This document shows, piece after piece, positions 33,301 through 44,091 of a DNA stretch of 64,000 nucleotides. The notes under the pieces are model-generated. The model did no database searches. It saw only the letters and a program-made list of their open reading frames with translations, and was not told where the DNA came from. A program made the position numbers and the translations under genes. The DNA comes from Caecitellus pseudoparvulus (lineage: Eukaryota; Protista; Bigyra: Bicosoecida). Numbering within the stretch: position 1 is the stretch's first letter; each line of letters begins with the position of its first letter. Where the stretch lies: positions 62,001 through 126,000 of the forward strand of contig CBFFRQ010000006.1 in assembly GCA_965644315.1 (NCBI GenBank), read 5' to 3'.

Positions 33301-36300
33301 TGTGCTGGCGACGGCAGACACCAGTGCCCTAGCCGCGTTCTTGGCTGACGGCGCGCTCCTCGGTCGGTCCATGTCGCTGTCTACCGATCTGAATGGAGAT
33401 GGCTTCCGTGACTTGCTGGTTGGTGCACCCGGCTTGACGCAGTTCGGACAGAGCGGGGCGGGTGGGGTGCTGGTGCTGCACCTGGATGCTGCAGGATCCA
33501 GCTTGACCGGCGCTCAGATTGTCCGGCAGCCATCTTTAGCCTCCGGGCTTGGGGTTGGCGCTGCCTTTGGCACCAGTGTGAGTGCCGCAGGGCCGTTTGT
33601 GGGCAATGGGCGCGAGCACTTCCTGGTCGGCGCCCCTGGGCATTCGGCCTTAAGCGCAGGCAAGGGGTCTGTGTTCGTCATGTCCGCTGTGCGCATGGCG
33701 AGTAGCGATGCCTGCTCGCCTGCCCTGGCTGTTGCGGGCGGCAGCAGCGTGCTCGGCAGGTGTGTTTTGGCAGCAGTGCCGACCAGTACAGCCACTGCTA
33801 CTCCGTCCAACTCGCCGTCATCTTCACCAACCGGCTCCGGCACACCATCCCCTTCACAAACCACGTCACCGACCGGCACCGGCACACCCACCCCGTCATC
33901 CACCTGCACCGGCACGCCCACCCCGTCATCCACCTGCACCGGCACGCCTTCGACGTCGCAGACAGCGGCAGCGACGCTGATCAGCCCGGCCCCCACGCCC
34001 AGTACAACTGCGGCCATCACTCCCAGCAACTCCCCGTCATCTGAGCCCACCCCCTCCACTACGGCCTCACGCACTGCCGCACCAACTGTGACGCCCACTC
34101 CCCAGCCACCGACGTGGGTGGGCACCACAGGAGTCGTGAGCAACCCTGTACCGGGGGTGTCCAGTGCCTCACGAACATCGCAAATGCTGCTGCTCAGCGA
34201 TGTACAGCCTGGTTCGGTGCTGTCCCCACCGCTGTTCTTCTCTGACGCTGCTGACATGGGCTCCACAGCGCTCTTGCGAGTGTCATCCCTGCAATGTGTC
34301 GAGGCGACGCTCGCTGCCCTTGACTGGGCGCCGTGCGTGGCCCCTGCCGCGTGGTGGCGCACAAGCCTTGCCATTCTCAGCACCTTCCCTCGCCTGCAAG
34401 GCTCGGTGAATGTGCAAATGGGCAGCGCGAGCACGCTGGGCGTGCCGCCGCTGCCCGAGGCGTACACAAGCCCTCACTCCCAAGCTTCAGGCGTGTCGTT
34501 CTCTCTCGCCCTGACCCTTACCGGTGTGACTGGCCTGAACGCGTCGGCTGTGGTGCCCATTCGTTTCGTGGACTTGCGTGCCTCTGCCCCTCCCCTGCCC
34601 TCCATTGCGCCGTCCCCGTCACCTCTTGTGGCTCCCTCCCAGACTCCCACACGCAGCGCGGCACCGACGCCCAGTGTCACGGCCCGCCCCTCCCGCAGCC
34701 CCGGCGCGTCGCCCTCAGCGACACCCTCCAACAGTCCCGAGCCGCTGCCATACTTGACTGCCTTCCCGGGCGAGCTCGCCTCACGCTTCGAGGTAGGCAA
34801 CCCAAGCACCATGTCAGATGTGCACAGCATTCTCGTTTTCTCGGCAGCCGCAGTCCAGTGGGGAGTGCGCTTGAATGTCCGTGGCACGCAGCAAGATTGG
34901 CTCAGCGTGACTCCGAACGCCAAAGCGGGGGGCGACGCGAACCAGCAACGCCAGACTGTGCGTGTGTCGGTGAATGGCGCCGGCTTGGGGCCTGGAGTGC
35001 ACCGCGCCACCATCACCGTGTACGCGACGAACGGCGCCTCAAGCTCATCAGGGCCGCCAGGCCGGCTCACCATCGCAGACCTCCTGCCAGTGAACATCCC
35101 GGTGACGGTGACAGTCGTCGGTGCGGCCATGCGCCTGACGCCGGCTGCGCTGCAGCGCAACGTCATTCCCGGCCAGAACGGCACCCAGACTTGGCGCATC
35201 GCCAATACGGGCTCCAGCACGTTGACGTGGTCTCTTCGAACTCCGGCCTCGCAGGCGCCAGTTGCGTGGCTCGCCGTGTGTTCCGACACCCGCCAGTGCG
35301 CCTATGCAGGCAACGCCACTGCACACGCCCAGCTGCACGCAAACATGCAGACCCAAAGCACCGGTGGTCCGCTATTTCCCCTGACTGCGACGAGCGGGTT
35401 GAGTGGCAGTGTGCCTGTTGGCCAGGCTGTGCAGTTGACGGCATGGTTTGTGAGTCCTGACGCGAGTGCCAGCGGGTTGTTCGAGGCAGAGCTGCTCGTA
35501 CTGGCCAACGTCTTTGACCCGCTCACGTCCCTCGTGAAGCCCCCGCAGCGCCTGAAAGTGACCATGCGCAGCACGCTGTTGTCAGTGGTCCCTTCAACTG
35601 TGCAGGTGCGGGTGCAGCCTGGCTCACTGGCGGCATCAACTCTCAACTTCCAAACCCTGACGAGCGATGCTGACCTCACCGTGCAAGTCCTCGGCAACTC
35701 GGGTGCCATGCAAACTGAGCCGTGGTTGCGCCTGGTGTCAGGGGCAAAGGGGGAGTTTGACTTGGCTGCTGGGCATGGCCAGGTGGCGCTGCGTGTGGGG
35801 GTGCAGCACGGCGGGCAGCTGTGCGCTGACACCGAAGGTATTCCCGAGTCAGCCCTGTTGTGTGGGCACCAGGCAGTGAGCACGAACGTGCTTGTGCGCA
35901 TCACAGCGGCCCTTGCAGAGGGCGCCAGTGCTGCGGCTGACCCGGTGGCCATCGCTGCGTACTCTGAGGTGCGAGCCATCCCCGTCGTTGTGACGGTTGT
36001 TCCGGGAGCACTCTCAGCGGAGCACAGTGAAGCACGAGTGCCGGCGTTCACACAAACCAGTGGCCAGCAGCTCGTGCGGTCTCCTAACTCGACTGATTTC
36101 ACCAACCTCGCAGCGGCGCGGCTCGTGGCCGTAAGCGGCGGCAGAGACCTCCCCTTCCGCAGCATCGGCAGGGATGCCAGCGGTGTTAGCGTGCCTTCAG
36201 CCGGCAGGTTCCTGCCACAGGTGGATGTTCTGCGGGGCCCTGGCTTTGCCCCCATCAGTGTGGCGCTGAGCCAGCTTGAGGGGGGCAACCTCACATACCA

Positions 36301-38863
36301 AGTGGGGCACAGCTCACCAGGCGTCGCAGTGCTTGGCATGCAGGCACGGGGGCGGCCCTTTCGGTCACTTGCCGCCCCCGCCCGGCAATTGGCCGTCATG
36401 CACATGACGTCTCCGGCCTGCCCTGCCCCGGCGCAGCAGCTGTCGCAGAACGGCATCGAGTGTGTGTGCGCGCCGGGATGGCAAGTGAAGCAGGGAGAGG
36501 CGGAGGCGTCAGACAGCCTCGTGTGCGAGGCTTGCCCTGATGGCACCATTCGTGAAAGTGCAGAGGACCCCTTTGCCCTGTGCAGGGAGTGCCCCCCTGG
36601 CACTTTTGCGGACCAGGCAGGCTTGCAGTGCATTGCATGCCCCAGCCAGGGCATCGACTGTGCGGCTGGTCAGTTCAGGCCACGCAAGGGGTTCTGGTGC
36701 GACACGTGCTCGCCTGCCGACACCTTCGCACCGTCCAACCCTCGCATGCGGCGTGCCCGGGAGGTGGCGCTCGCGCAAGCAGCAGAGCGCGCAGGCATCA
36801 CGCGAGCTCTGGGCGGAGCCGGATCTCGTCGTCTGCAGGCGGCAGTGAATTTGAGCCTGAACGTTGACCAGTCCCTGCTTGGTGAGAGCACCCTCATGAT
36901 GGAGTGTGCGCCGACAGACGCCTGTGTTCCTGCACAGAACGGGACGGCAGTGCAGTGCGCCCCTGGCCATCGGGGTGTGCTGTGTGGCGAGTGCATGGAC
37001 GGTTGGGCTCGCAGCAGCCCGCAAGTGTTGTGTACACAGTGCCCAAACAACACCGTGGGTGTGCTGCTGGGCGTGGGCCCGTGGGTCGTCTTCACTCTTG
37101 CCCTGCTCGCAATGTCCTTGAACGACAAGGGCGGCTCGAGCTCCAGGGAGAAGGGGCAGGGCACGTTCGTCGGCATTTTCCGAATCCTTACCGGCTGGGC
37201 TCAGATGTACGCTGTGCTGCTCAGCACACGTCTCCCCCCACAGAGCCAGTTGGATGACGTCATGGCGTCGCTTTCAAGCGTGTCCATGGGTGTGTCCACG
37301 AGCTCAGTGGGAACCCAGTGTGCTGTTCCGCTGTCATTCTACTTTCGTCTGTATGTGACGCTCATGCTGCCTGGCGTGGCATTGCTAGTGCCAGTGGTTG
37401 TTGCCTGTGCCTGTGGCAACCGCAGTGCGGGCATGTGCAGCGCCTCCAAGCGCCAAACTAAGCCAGGCTCCGAGTCGCTCGTCCCTGAGCAGTCCACTGC
37501 CGTCGCCGTGAGGTACAGCTCCCACTCTGACCAGTCAGGTGAGGACGGGGACAGCCCGGGTGACGATTCGCTGGCTGATAGCCCGCGGAAGTGGGCAGTA
37601 GCGGTGGCAGATGAAGGGGATGCCGGGAAACCGTCAGGTGTGTTGACTGCAGCGCCCACCGCCGCGGCACCTGCCGGGGGCGTCTTTGACCCGTTGCCCA
37701 GATCTGAGTCCGCCATGTCCCCGACGGCATCCGCGTTCCGCAAGGGTGTCAGCGGCGCTAAGGTCGCGAGCAGTCCAGGCGACGGCGTGCACGGCCTGGA
37801 TGACACGGCTGGCGCCGCCGAGCCTCCTGCGAAACCCGACCAAGACAGTGCCCGGTGGCAACGCATTCTGCAACAGCGAGCGTTCCGCGCTGCGTTCATC
37901 TTGCTGCTCTTGGTGCACTTCCCCGTGGTGGACGCGTGTCTGCGCATGCTGGACACACTGGACTCCATGGTGTATGGTTTCACCCTCCTTCGTGTTGACG
38001 TGGGGCACGGGTCCATGGATGCCCAGTTCGCGGTCGCACAGCTCGTTGCATGGCTCGGCCTGGTCGTGTTCGGTGTGGGCATCCCCCTGGGCAGTGCCCT
38101 GCTGATTTGCCGGCGCCGGCACGAAGTGCACCTGCCACGTGTTCAGCGTGTGTTCGGGGCGGTGTACGAAGGCTTCCGCATTCCGGACCTGCCATCACGT
38201 GGCGAAGCGCCCACTCACGCCGCCTTCCTGAAGCACGCAGCGAAGCAGCCAAACTACTGGTTCTGGGAACTGCTGGTTGTGCTGCCTCGCAAGGTGCTGC
38301 TGGCAGTGATCGCGGTGGTTGTGCGGGCTCCTGTGCTGCAAGCCTCCCTCATCAGCATCGTGCTGGTCACCTCCCTCGTCGTGCATGTGGCAGCGAAGCC
38401 TTTCCGAGAGAGCCTCTTGAACACGGTGGAGACGTTGGCCTTGGTCACCATTTGCCTGGCGTCCTTCGGCGGCTTGTCGCTGGGCGATGCCGGCCAAGCA
38501 GGCACCAACACGACCTTCATCCTGCAAGTGTCCATTTCCCTGGCAAACGCCATGTTCCTGGCCTTCACACTCTGTGCAACCCTGGTGTACGGCTGTGGCG
38601 CCTGCGCTCGCAGTCGCAAGACCGTCGACACCTGGCTGCAACTGTACGTGTCGCAGCAGAAAGGCGACGGCCGCAAGCGCGCTGCGCCAGCTCTGTCGAG
38701 GTGGTGCCGTGTGCTGGGTTGCCGGCGCAGTACGGCCGCGTCCCTTGTGGCTGTGCGAGCGCTGAGCCTGCAGCGCGGCATGCAGCTTGCGGGAGATAAG
38801 AGCTTGCTGCCGAGTGTGCAAGAGAGCCTCGTCGCAAGCGCGACGCGCAAGGAAAGAAGGTAA
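18304..38863 (+). CDS. Giant (~6820 aa) cell-surface protein: signal peptide, ~72 FG-GAP/integrin-alpha repeats, Ser/Thr/Pro stalk, BACON/Ig-like domains, Cys-rich region, ~9-TM C-terminal domain
   Basis: Signal-peptide exon 18304-18403 (...GALVASLLCLSLLRVVV) splices through intron 18404-18494 (GTACGT...TGCAG) in frame to a 20.4-kb exon. Repeated FGxxvxxlGDxdGDGxxDxxVGAP. C-terminal YEGFR...WFWELLVV.RKVLL...KPFRESLLNTVE. Confidence 0.92.
18500..33690 (+). repeat. FG-GAP array: 12 units of ~427 aa, each with 6 FG-GAP repeats
   Basis: Approximate unit starts 18500, 19790, 21060, 22340, 23620, 24870, 26140, 27420, 28700, 29960, 31230, 32530 (period ~1.28 kb). Units are separated by Pro- or Cys-containing linkers. 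Confidence 0.8.
33780..34110 (+). repeat. Mucin-like Ser/Thr/Pro stalk with a near-perfect 30-nt tandem duplication (33881-33940, GTPTPSSTCT x2)
   Basis: ggcacacccaccccgtcatccacctgcacc followed by ggcacgcccaccccgtcatccacctgcacc. Confidence 0.85.
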
Positions 38864-38940
38864 ACAATGCAAATATATACCTGCTATGGCAGCCAATCCC
38901 GCCCTGCACTGTGATGGGAGGTACCTTGCATTGTGTGCTA

Positions 38941-41900
38941 TCACCTCTTGGCTTCAGCTGCACTTCGTGCGACCAGCGCATCGATGCGGCTTTTGAGGGC
39001 GTCCACCCCACGTGGACCGGCTGCCGCGGCCTTGGGCGGACTGCTGCTTGCGATGGGCTGCGAGCTGCCGCCGCCAGTGGCAGACAGCAGGCGCAGGGAC
39101 GCAAACATGCTCTTTCCAGCTGCAGGCGGGGGCCCCGGCGTCGGCGGAACACTGGAAGGCTCTGCCAGGACGGAAGCACCTGTCGCGGGGGGCGCTGCAG
39201 GGGGCTTGCGCAGCCCCCCCCGGCGCTGTGTCGGGGCAGGCCTGTGCTCCGTCTGCCCCACTTCGTCCTCGAACACGACGCCAGAGGCCTTGGTGCGCAG
39301 GGGGCTCAGGCGATCGGCCTGGGCGGTGGCGTGTGTGCGCGCCCGTCGCTCATCCAGCATGCGCGTGTACAGCGACGCATCCTCCAACAGCTGTGCGATG
39401 GTGGCTTCCGTGTCCGACCCAGGCCCCACAGGCCGCTCTCCGGAGCTGTCGCTGTCCGAGCCGTCAGAGTCCAGCCCAGCCTCCCGCCGAGCCTTGGCAT
39501 CTGCCCGTGCCGTGGCTGCGGCACGTGCCTCGGCAGCTTCACGGCGCTCCACCTCCACACGCGCGCCAGCCCCCAGCGCGCCCAAGCCAGCCATGCGTGC
39601 AGCGGAGGCGTCGGCCAGGGTTTGTGCCCGGACAGCTTGCTGCACTCCGGGGGGGGGTGCACGCCGGGCTGGGGGGGGCTGCGCGCCGTCCTGAGGGGGG
39701 GTCGCGCTGTTCGCAGGCGACGCGCCAGAGGATGGCGTCTCGGAGGCTGGCAGGTCGCGCCCACCGCTTGAGTCTGCAGCGGCCAGGGCCAGCTCTGCGT
39801 GGGCTAGAACGGCATCTGCAGCATCCAGGTCGCCGTGCGACTGTGCGACGGGGCGCAAGGGGGGGCTGGGACCACCCTCGGATGCAGGGTGGGCAGGACC
39901 GCCCTGATGTGGCGGTGATGCGGCGCTGCCGGCTGCACGCGCCTGACGAGCAGCCTGCGCCTCAGACAACACATCCCTCACCGCGACGGTGTTGAAGTGG
40001 CGTGTCGCGTAGGAAGCGCGGTAGTCTGATGCGCCGTGGAAGGAGACGTTCTTGGGCAGGATGCCGCCGCCGCCACCCACTGCCTGCCGCGTCAGCTGCA
40101 GTGCTCGGGATCGCTCATCCACCTCGTCTGGGAGGGGGGGCAAGCTGGCCCCCGTTGCGGCAGACACGCCCCCCGACACGCCGCGCAGAGTGGACGCCAC
40201 TGACGCCGCCGCCGAGCCGCCCAGGCGCGACACGACAGTTGCCGCCTCCGCTCCAAGCACCGTCTGTGCGCCTACCAGTGGCGCCATGCGCCCCGCACCG
40301 TCCCGCCCCTCATCCTCTGCCCGCAAGGCAGCCTTGTAAGCCTCCTCTGCCGCCGCTGCCGCCGCCGCCTCCTGGGCTGACCTGGCGTCCAGCGTACCCG
40401 GCACCAGCCACTCGGCGCCATCCCCCGTGCGTTTCGCGTGTTCCACCGCTGTGTCGGGCGCGTAGCGCGACCTGGAGATGGTCAGGGCTTGCTCAGCCTC
40501 TGACTGCTCCGCCGCCAACGCCCGTGCTCGCATCTTGCGTGCCATGAAGCTCTGCACACCCTTGGCCTGGGTGACGGTGGTGACGTTTGCTGAGGGGGCG
40601 GGGGCCCTGGCGCGGGGGACAGGGTTGGGGCTGCGAGGGCGGCCCTTGCCCGGCGCTGGCTGGAAGGAGCAGTCGTCCTCCTCTGCTGCCGCTTTTTCGG
40701 CGCGGAGCTTCTCTAGACGCGCGGCTTTGCGTTCCTGCCAGGCGGCCATGCGCACCACCATGGCGTTCACTTGCGCCGCCCCCACACGGCGTTTGCTCTT
40801 GGAACCACTGGCGGAGGTGAGTTTCAACTTGCCTGCATCAGCTTCAGACTCAGGGGACTCGCCGCGCGCCTCGTCTGCCTTGCCCCCCTGTTTGTTCGTC
40901 GCAGGTTCAAACGTGCACTCTGCGAGCGTTTCCGCTTCAATGCGCGCACGCCGGGCCGCTGCCTTCTGCGCCCGCGCCACAGAATCCTGGTGCAGGCGGT
41001 CCCCGACAGACGCACCACCGTGCACCTTGGCCGCGATGCGCCGGGATGTCTCTGAGATGCTGGGCTGGAAGGTGCAGGCTTCAAGCTCGCCTTCCCGCAG
41101 TGGCGCGCCAGCGGTGCTCTCGGACAACACACTGGCTGCACCCGACACTGACCCAGCACCGTCAGCTGCCTCCTTCGCCTCCTGTGCCTTGCTCAAAGGA
41201 GCATAGTACAGTCGTTCAATGGCCGAATCACTGCGCGCGGAGGCCAGCTTCATAGAGCGCGAATTCAACTTGGGCACGGCGGCGGCACGGGCAGCCGCTT
41301 TCTCCGCAGCCACAGCGGCCTCGCGTTTCTCAGCCTGCCGCATGGCTCGAGCGTGCAGGTCGGCTCCAGCCGCCTCCGTCGTGCGTCGAGGGCCGCCTCG
41401 GGCCTGTCCCTGCGTCGCGCGGCCGCCGCCAGGCAGCAGGTCGCTGGGCATGTCGCTGGTCGCATAGATGCTTCGCAGCGGAGCTGAGTTGCCACCCCCC
41501 CCCCCCGACATGAGCCCCCCACGAGGCAGGGCGTCGCTGCCCCTGCGCTCCGCCGCACTGGCGATGGTCCACGGCTCACTGGCGTCGCGGTCGGCGGCTG
41601 CGACCGCTGCCGCGTTGCGCGCCGACCGCTGGGCGGCGTCGGAGTACAGCCGGTCGCCGATGGGCTGCCTCGCCCTCGACGGACCCAGCGCCGCCGCCTT
41701 GCGTGTGATGGCTGGGACGCCGGGGGCCTCCTCGGCCTGCAGGGCGGCGGCGCGCTCCACAGCGCGCACTTGCCTGGCACTTGCTTCGGCATACAGCCGC
41801 TCCGAGGCAGCCTGGGGCGGCGGCATGTCACCCCCCCCTGCCACGGCCAGAAACGCAGTCAGGTCCATGCTGGTGGGCGCCACACTTGCGGAGGGGCCTC

Positions 41901-42411
41901 CCGTCGTCGCAGGTGTCACGGACATTGCGACGCGGGCGCGAGCTGCTGCGACCAGGGCCTCGCTGCGAGGGTTCAGCTTGGGCGTGCCAGTCACGGCTGC
42001 CGCCTCCGCCGCTGCCGCCTCGGCGCGAGCTGCCTGGATCTTGCTCTGGGTTGCCGCCTGCCACCTCTGCTGGTGCTCGTAGGTGGGTGCTGGGGCAGAG
42101 GCGGGGCCGGCGCGACCAGGCGTGCTGGTGCGTTGCGGGATGGACGCAGGCTGCGGCGTCAGCTGCTCGCCCGGCTCCACCGAATCAGGCGACATGGTGT
42201 CTTGTCTGGGAGAGGGGTACGTTTCGCCCATGCTTCCCTGGGCGGAGGCGTGGGGGGGCACAGCCGGGGAGGGAGTGCCGCCGTCATCGTCCGTGGCGCT
42301 GCCACCACTCGCCACCCCAGGCGAGTGCGGCGCTGACGCCTCCACACCCGTTTCGCGGTATGACGCCTGCAGGCGCGCCTTGTGCTGCGCCAGAACGTCC
42401 CTATAGTCCAT
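38941..42411 (-). CDS. 1156-aa low-complexity protein with recurring CTFxP, PKLNxRS and (G/E)RLY motifs, likely cytoskeletal/flagellar
   Basis: Motifs ACTFQPSI, ECTFEPAT, DCSFQPAP; TPKLNPRS, VPKLNSRS; SERLY, GDRLY, IERLY, GDRLH. The function is inference. Confidence 0.7.
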   Translation of the reverse strand: MDYRDVLAQHKARLQASYRETGVEASAPHSPGVASGGSATDDDGGTPSPAVPPHASAQGSMGETYPSPRQDTMSPDSVEPGEQLTPQPASIPQRTSTPGRAGPASAPAPTYEHQQRWQAATQSKIQAARAEAAAAEAAAVTGTPKLNPRSEALVAAARARVAMSVTPATTGGPSASVAPTSMDLTAFLAVAGGGDMPPPQAASERLYAEASARQVRAVERAAALQAEEAPGVPAITRKAAALGPSRARQPIGDRLYSDAAQRSARNAAAVAAADRDASEPWTIASAAERRGSDALPRGGLMSGGGGGNSAPLRSIYATSDMPSDLLPGGGRATQGQARGGPRRTTEAAGADLHARAMRQAEKREAAVAAEKAAARAAAVPKLNSRSMKLASARSDSAIERLYYAPLSKAQEAKEAADGAGSVSGAASVLSESTAGAPLREGELEACTFQPSISETSRRIAAKVHGGASVGDRLHQDSVARAQKAAARRARIEAETLAECTFEPATNKQGGKADEARGESPESEADAGKLKLTSASGSKSKRRVGAAQVNAMVVRMAAWQERKAARLEKLRAEKAAAEEDDCSFQPAPGKGRPRSPNPVPRARAPAPSANVTTVTQAKGVQSFMARKMRARALAAEQSEAEQALTISRSRYAPDTAVEHAKRTGDGAEWLVPGTLDARSAQEAAAAAAAEEAYKAALRAEDEGRDGAGRMAPLVGAQTVLGAEAATVVSRLGGSAAASVASTLRGVSGGVSAATGASLPPLPDEVDERSRALQLTRQAVGGGGGILPKNVSFHGASDYRASYATRHFNTVAVRDVLSEAQAARQARAAGSAASPPHQGGPAHPASEGGPSPPLRPVAQSHGDLDAADAVLAHAELALAAADSSGGRDLPASETPSSGASPANSATPPQDGAQPPPARRAPPPGVQQAVRAQTLADASAARMAGLGALGAGARVEVERREAAEARAAATARADAKARREAGLDSDGSDSDSSGERPVGPGSDTEATIAQLLEDASLYTRMLDERRARTHATAQADRLSPLRTKASGVVFEDEVGQTEHRPAPTQRRGGLRKPPAAPPATGASVLAEPSSVPPTPGPPPAAGKSMFASLRLLSATGGGSSQPIASSSPPKAAAAGPRGVDALKSRIDALVARSAAEAKR

Positions 42412-43074
42412 GCTTTACTTGGTGTGTCCTGTGTGGAGAGGCAATGGCAGTGTGCAGCGTGGGGAAGGTGCGCCAAATTCGCCAGTTGGGCAGCCTTGCA
42501 ACTGCACCTGCAGCGAAGCAGGGCCTCTGCGGATGCAGCAAGGCCCCCTGAGCCGATCCACATGCCGTGGCAGAAGGTCACAGTGCCAGGCACGCTGCAC
42601 TATGGGTGCACAGCTTGAAACAGCGCAGCTGCCGCACTCACCTGGCTGCCGACGCCTGCTGTTTGCGGGAATTGCACTTGGCGACGCGCCTACACCGCGA
42701 AAGCTGTGCTGCGCGCAGAGTCGACCAACTGTAGGGGCCCTCTGCTCCAAAACGAGCACTGCGTGGTGCTTGGGGTGGAGCATTTTAACCGGAACCTGCG
42801 TCTGCTCCCTTCAGCAAACGGGAGGTGCAAGGTGTGGTGTGTCAATTTCCGCACCATGCCAAACTCGGCAGAGCAGGCCCAGACACGCCTCCACGACTGA
42901 AAAAACGCACCCCATCATTCAGTACAAGCATATACTTACTACCATTTTCTCCCATCGCTTGCTTGCCCGCTGAGGTCTTCAGGACCAACTCGAAGCACCG
43001 ATTCACTTGGCTTGCGTGGGGCCTGGGCGCTTCGCGCAGCCACATGCCAACGCAGCACTCTGCCTGCTGAAACC

Positions 43075-44091
43075 ATGCCACCCAAGGCGGTGCAGAAGCT
43101 AAAAGTGTTGTTCCTGCATGGGTTCACGCAGAATGCATCTCGTTTCCGTGCCAAAACCGGAGGTACGGCATCGTGCCCTGCGGAATTCGATGCGTCCACC
43201 CCGCAACAGTCCACCCTCCTGCCTGTCACAGCCATCCGGAAAGTGATCAAAGGGTGCTCACTGCACACATTCATGGATGCACCGTTCACACTGGACTCAA
43301 CATTCGGTGCTGACTTTGACGAGGGCCACTGGCTCACTCGCCTGCTGCGGGAAGAGGGAGACGCCGACGCCGAAGCAAGCCCCTCTGGCCTGCTCAGCTG
43401 GTTCTGGTTCGACTCCCTGGCCCACATGGGCGGCACAGGGAATGCGCTCGCTGCCGTACATGCCATGAACCGCGCAGAGGGGCCGTTTGACTGCATCCTG
43501 GGCTTCAGCCAAGGCGCCGCCGTCGCGGCAGCATACGCGTCGTACCTGAACGGCAGTCACCCCCCCACTGCCTGGCCCGTTCAAACTCAGGAAGACGGTG
43601 ACAGCCCAACCCTGCCCGCTCCAGAGCCTGAGCTGGCCCAAGCCCTGCGAGCTGTCATCCTCGTGGGCGGCTTCAAGCGGCCCGGCATCGCCATGGGCCC
43701 ACCAGGTGACTCGCTGGACACAGGTGACTCCGCCTCCCCGCCTGCGGCCGCGGCGGCGGCAGCTGATGCAGGCAGCGGGGCCGCTAGCCTGCTGCCTGTC
43801 GCATCCCTCCACATCACTGGGGCAGGTGACGACATCATCCCGCCCGCCATGTCGCTGCGCGTGGCGGCGTTTTTCGAGGGCGCTGACTCCAACGCAGCAA
43901 CGGATGCAGGCTCTGCAGAGGGCGAGCACCGCAGCACAGCGACGGTGCAGGGGGTGCCACATGGCCACCGCATCCTCACGCACCCAGGGGGGCACTACGT
44001 GCCCACCACCAAGCCGGTCCGTGACGCCATTCGAGCGTTTCTCAGAGATGTCCAGGCCGCCGCCAATGCTGCGAAATCAGATGCCAAGTGA
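43075..44091 (+). CDS. Serine hydrolase FSH1/OVCA2 family (~315 aa), 1 in-frame intron
   Basis: KVLFLHGFTQNA, GPFDCILGFSQGA (nucleophile Ser), SLHITGAGDDIIP, HPGGHYVP. Removing intron 43163-43231 restores KTGAIRK. Confidence 0.9.
   Translation: MPPKAVQKLKVLFLHGFTQNASRFRAKTGGTASCPAEFDASTPQQSTLLPVTAIRKVIKGCSLHTFMDAPFTLDSTFGADFDEGHWLTRLLREEGDADAEASPSGLLSWFWFDSLAHMGGTGNALAAVHAMNRAEGPFDCILGFSQGAAVAAAYASYLNGSHPPTAWPVQTQEDGDSPTLPAPEPELAQALRAVILVGGFKRPGIAMGPPGDSLDTGDSASPPAAAAAAADAGSGAASLLPVASLHITGAGDDIIPPAMSLRVAAFFEGADSNAATDAGSAEGEHRSTATVQGVPHGHRILTHPGGHYVPTTKPVRDAIRAFLRDVQAAANAAKSDAK

Noticed and set aside
18304-38863. Bacterial origin or contamination for the FG-GAP giant
   Set aside because: It has a spliceosomal intron, a eukaryote-type Cys-rich/TM C-terminus and eukaryotic neighbours. 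Ancient transfer of the repeats cannot be excluded without a phylogeny.
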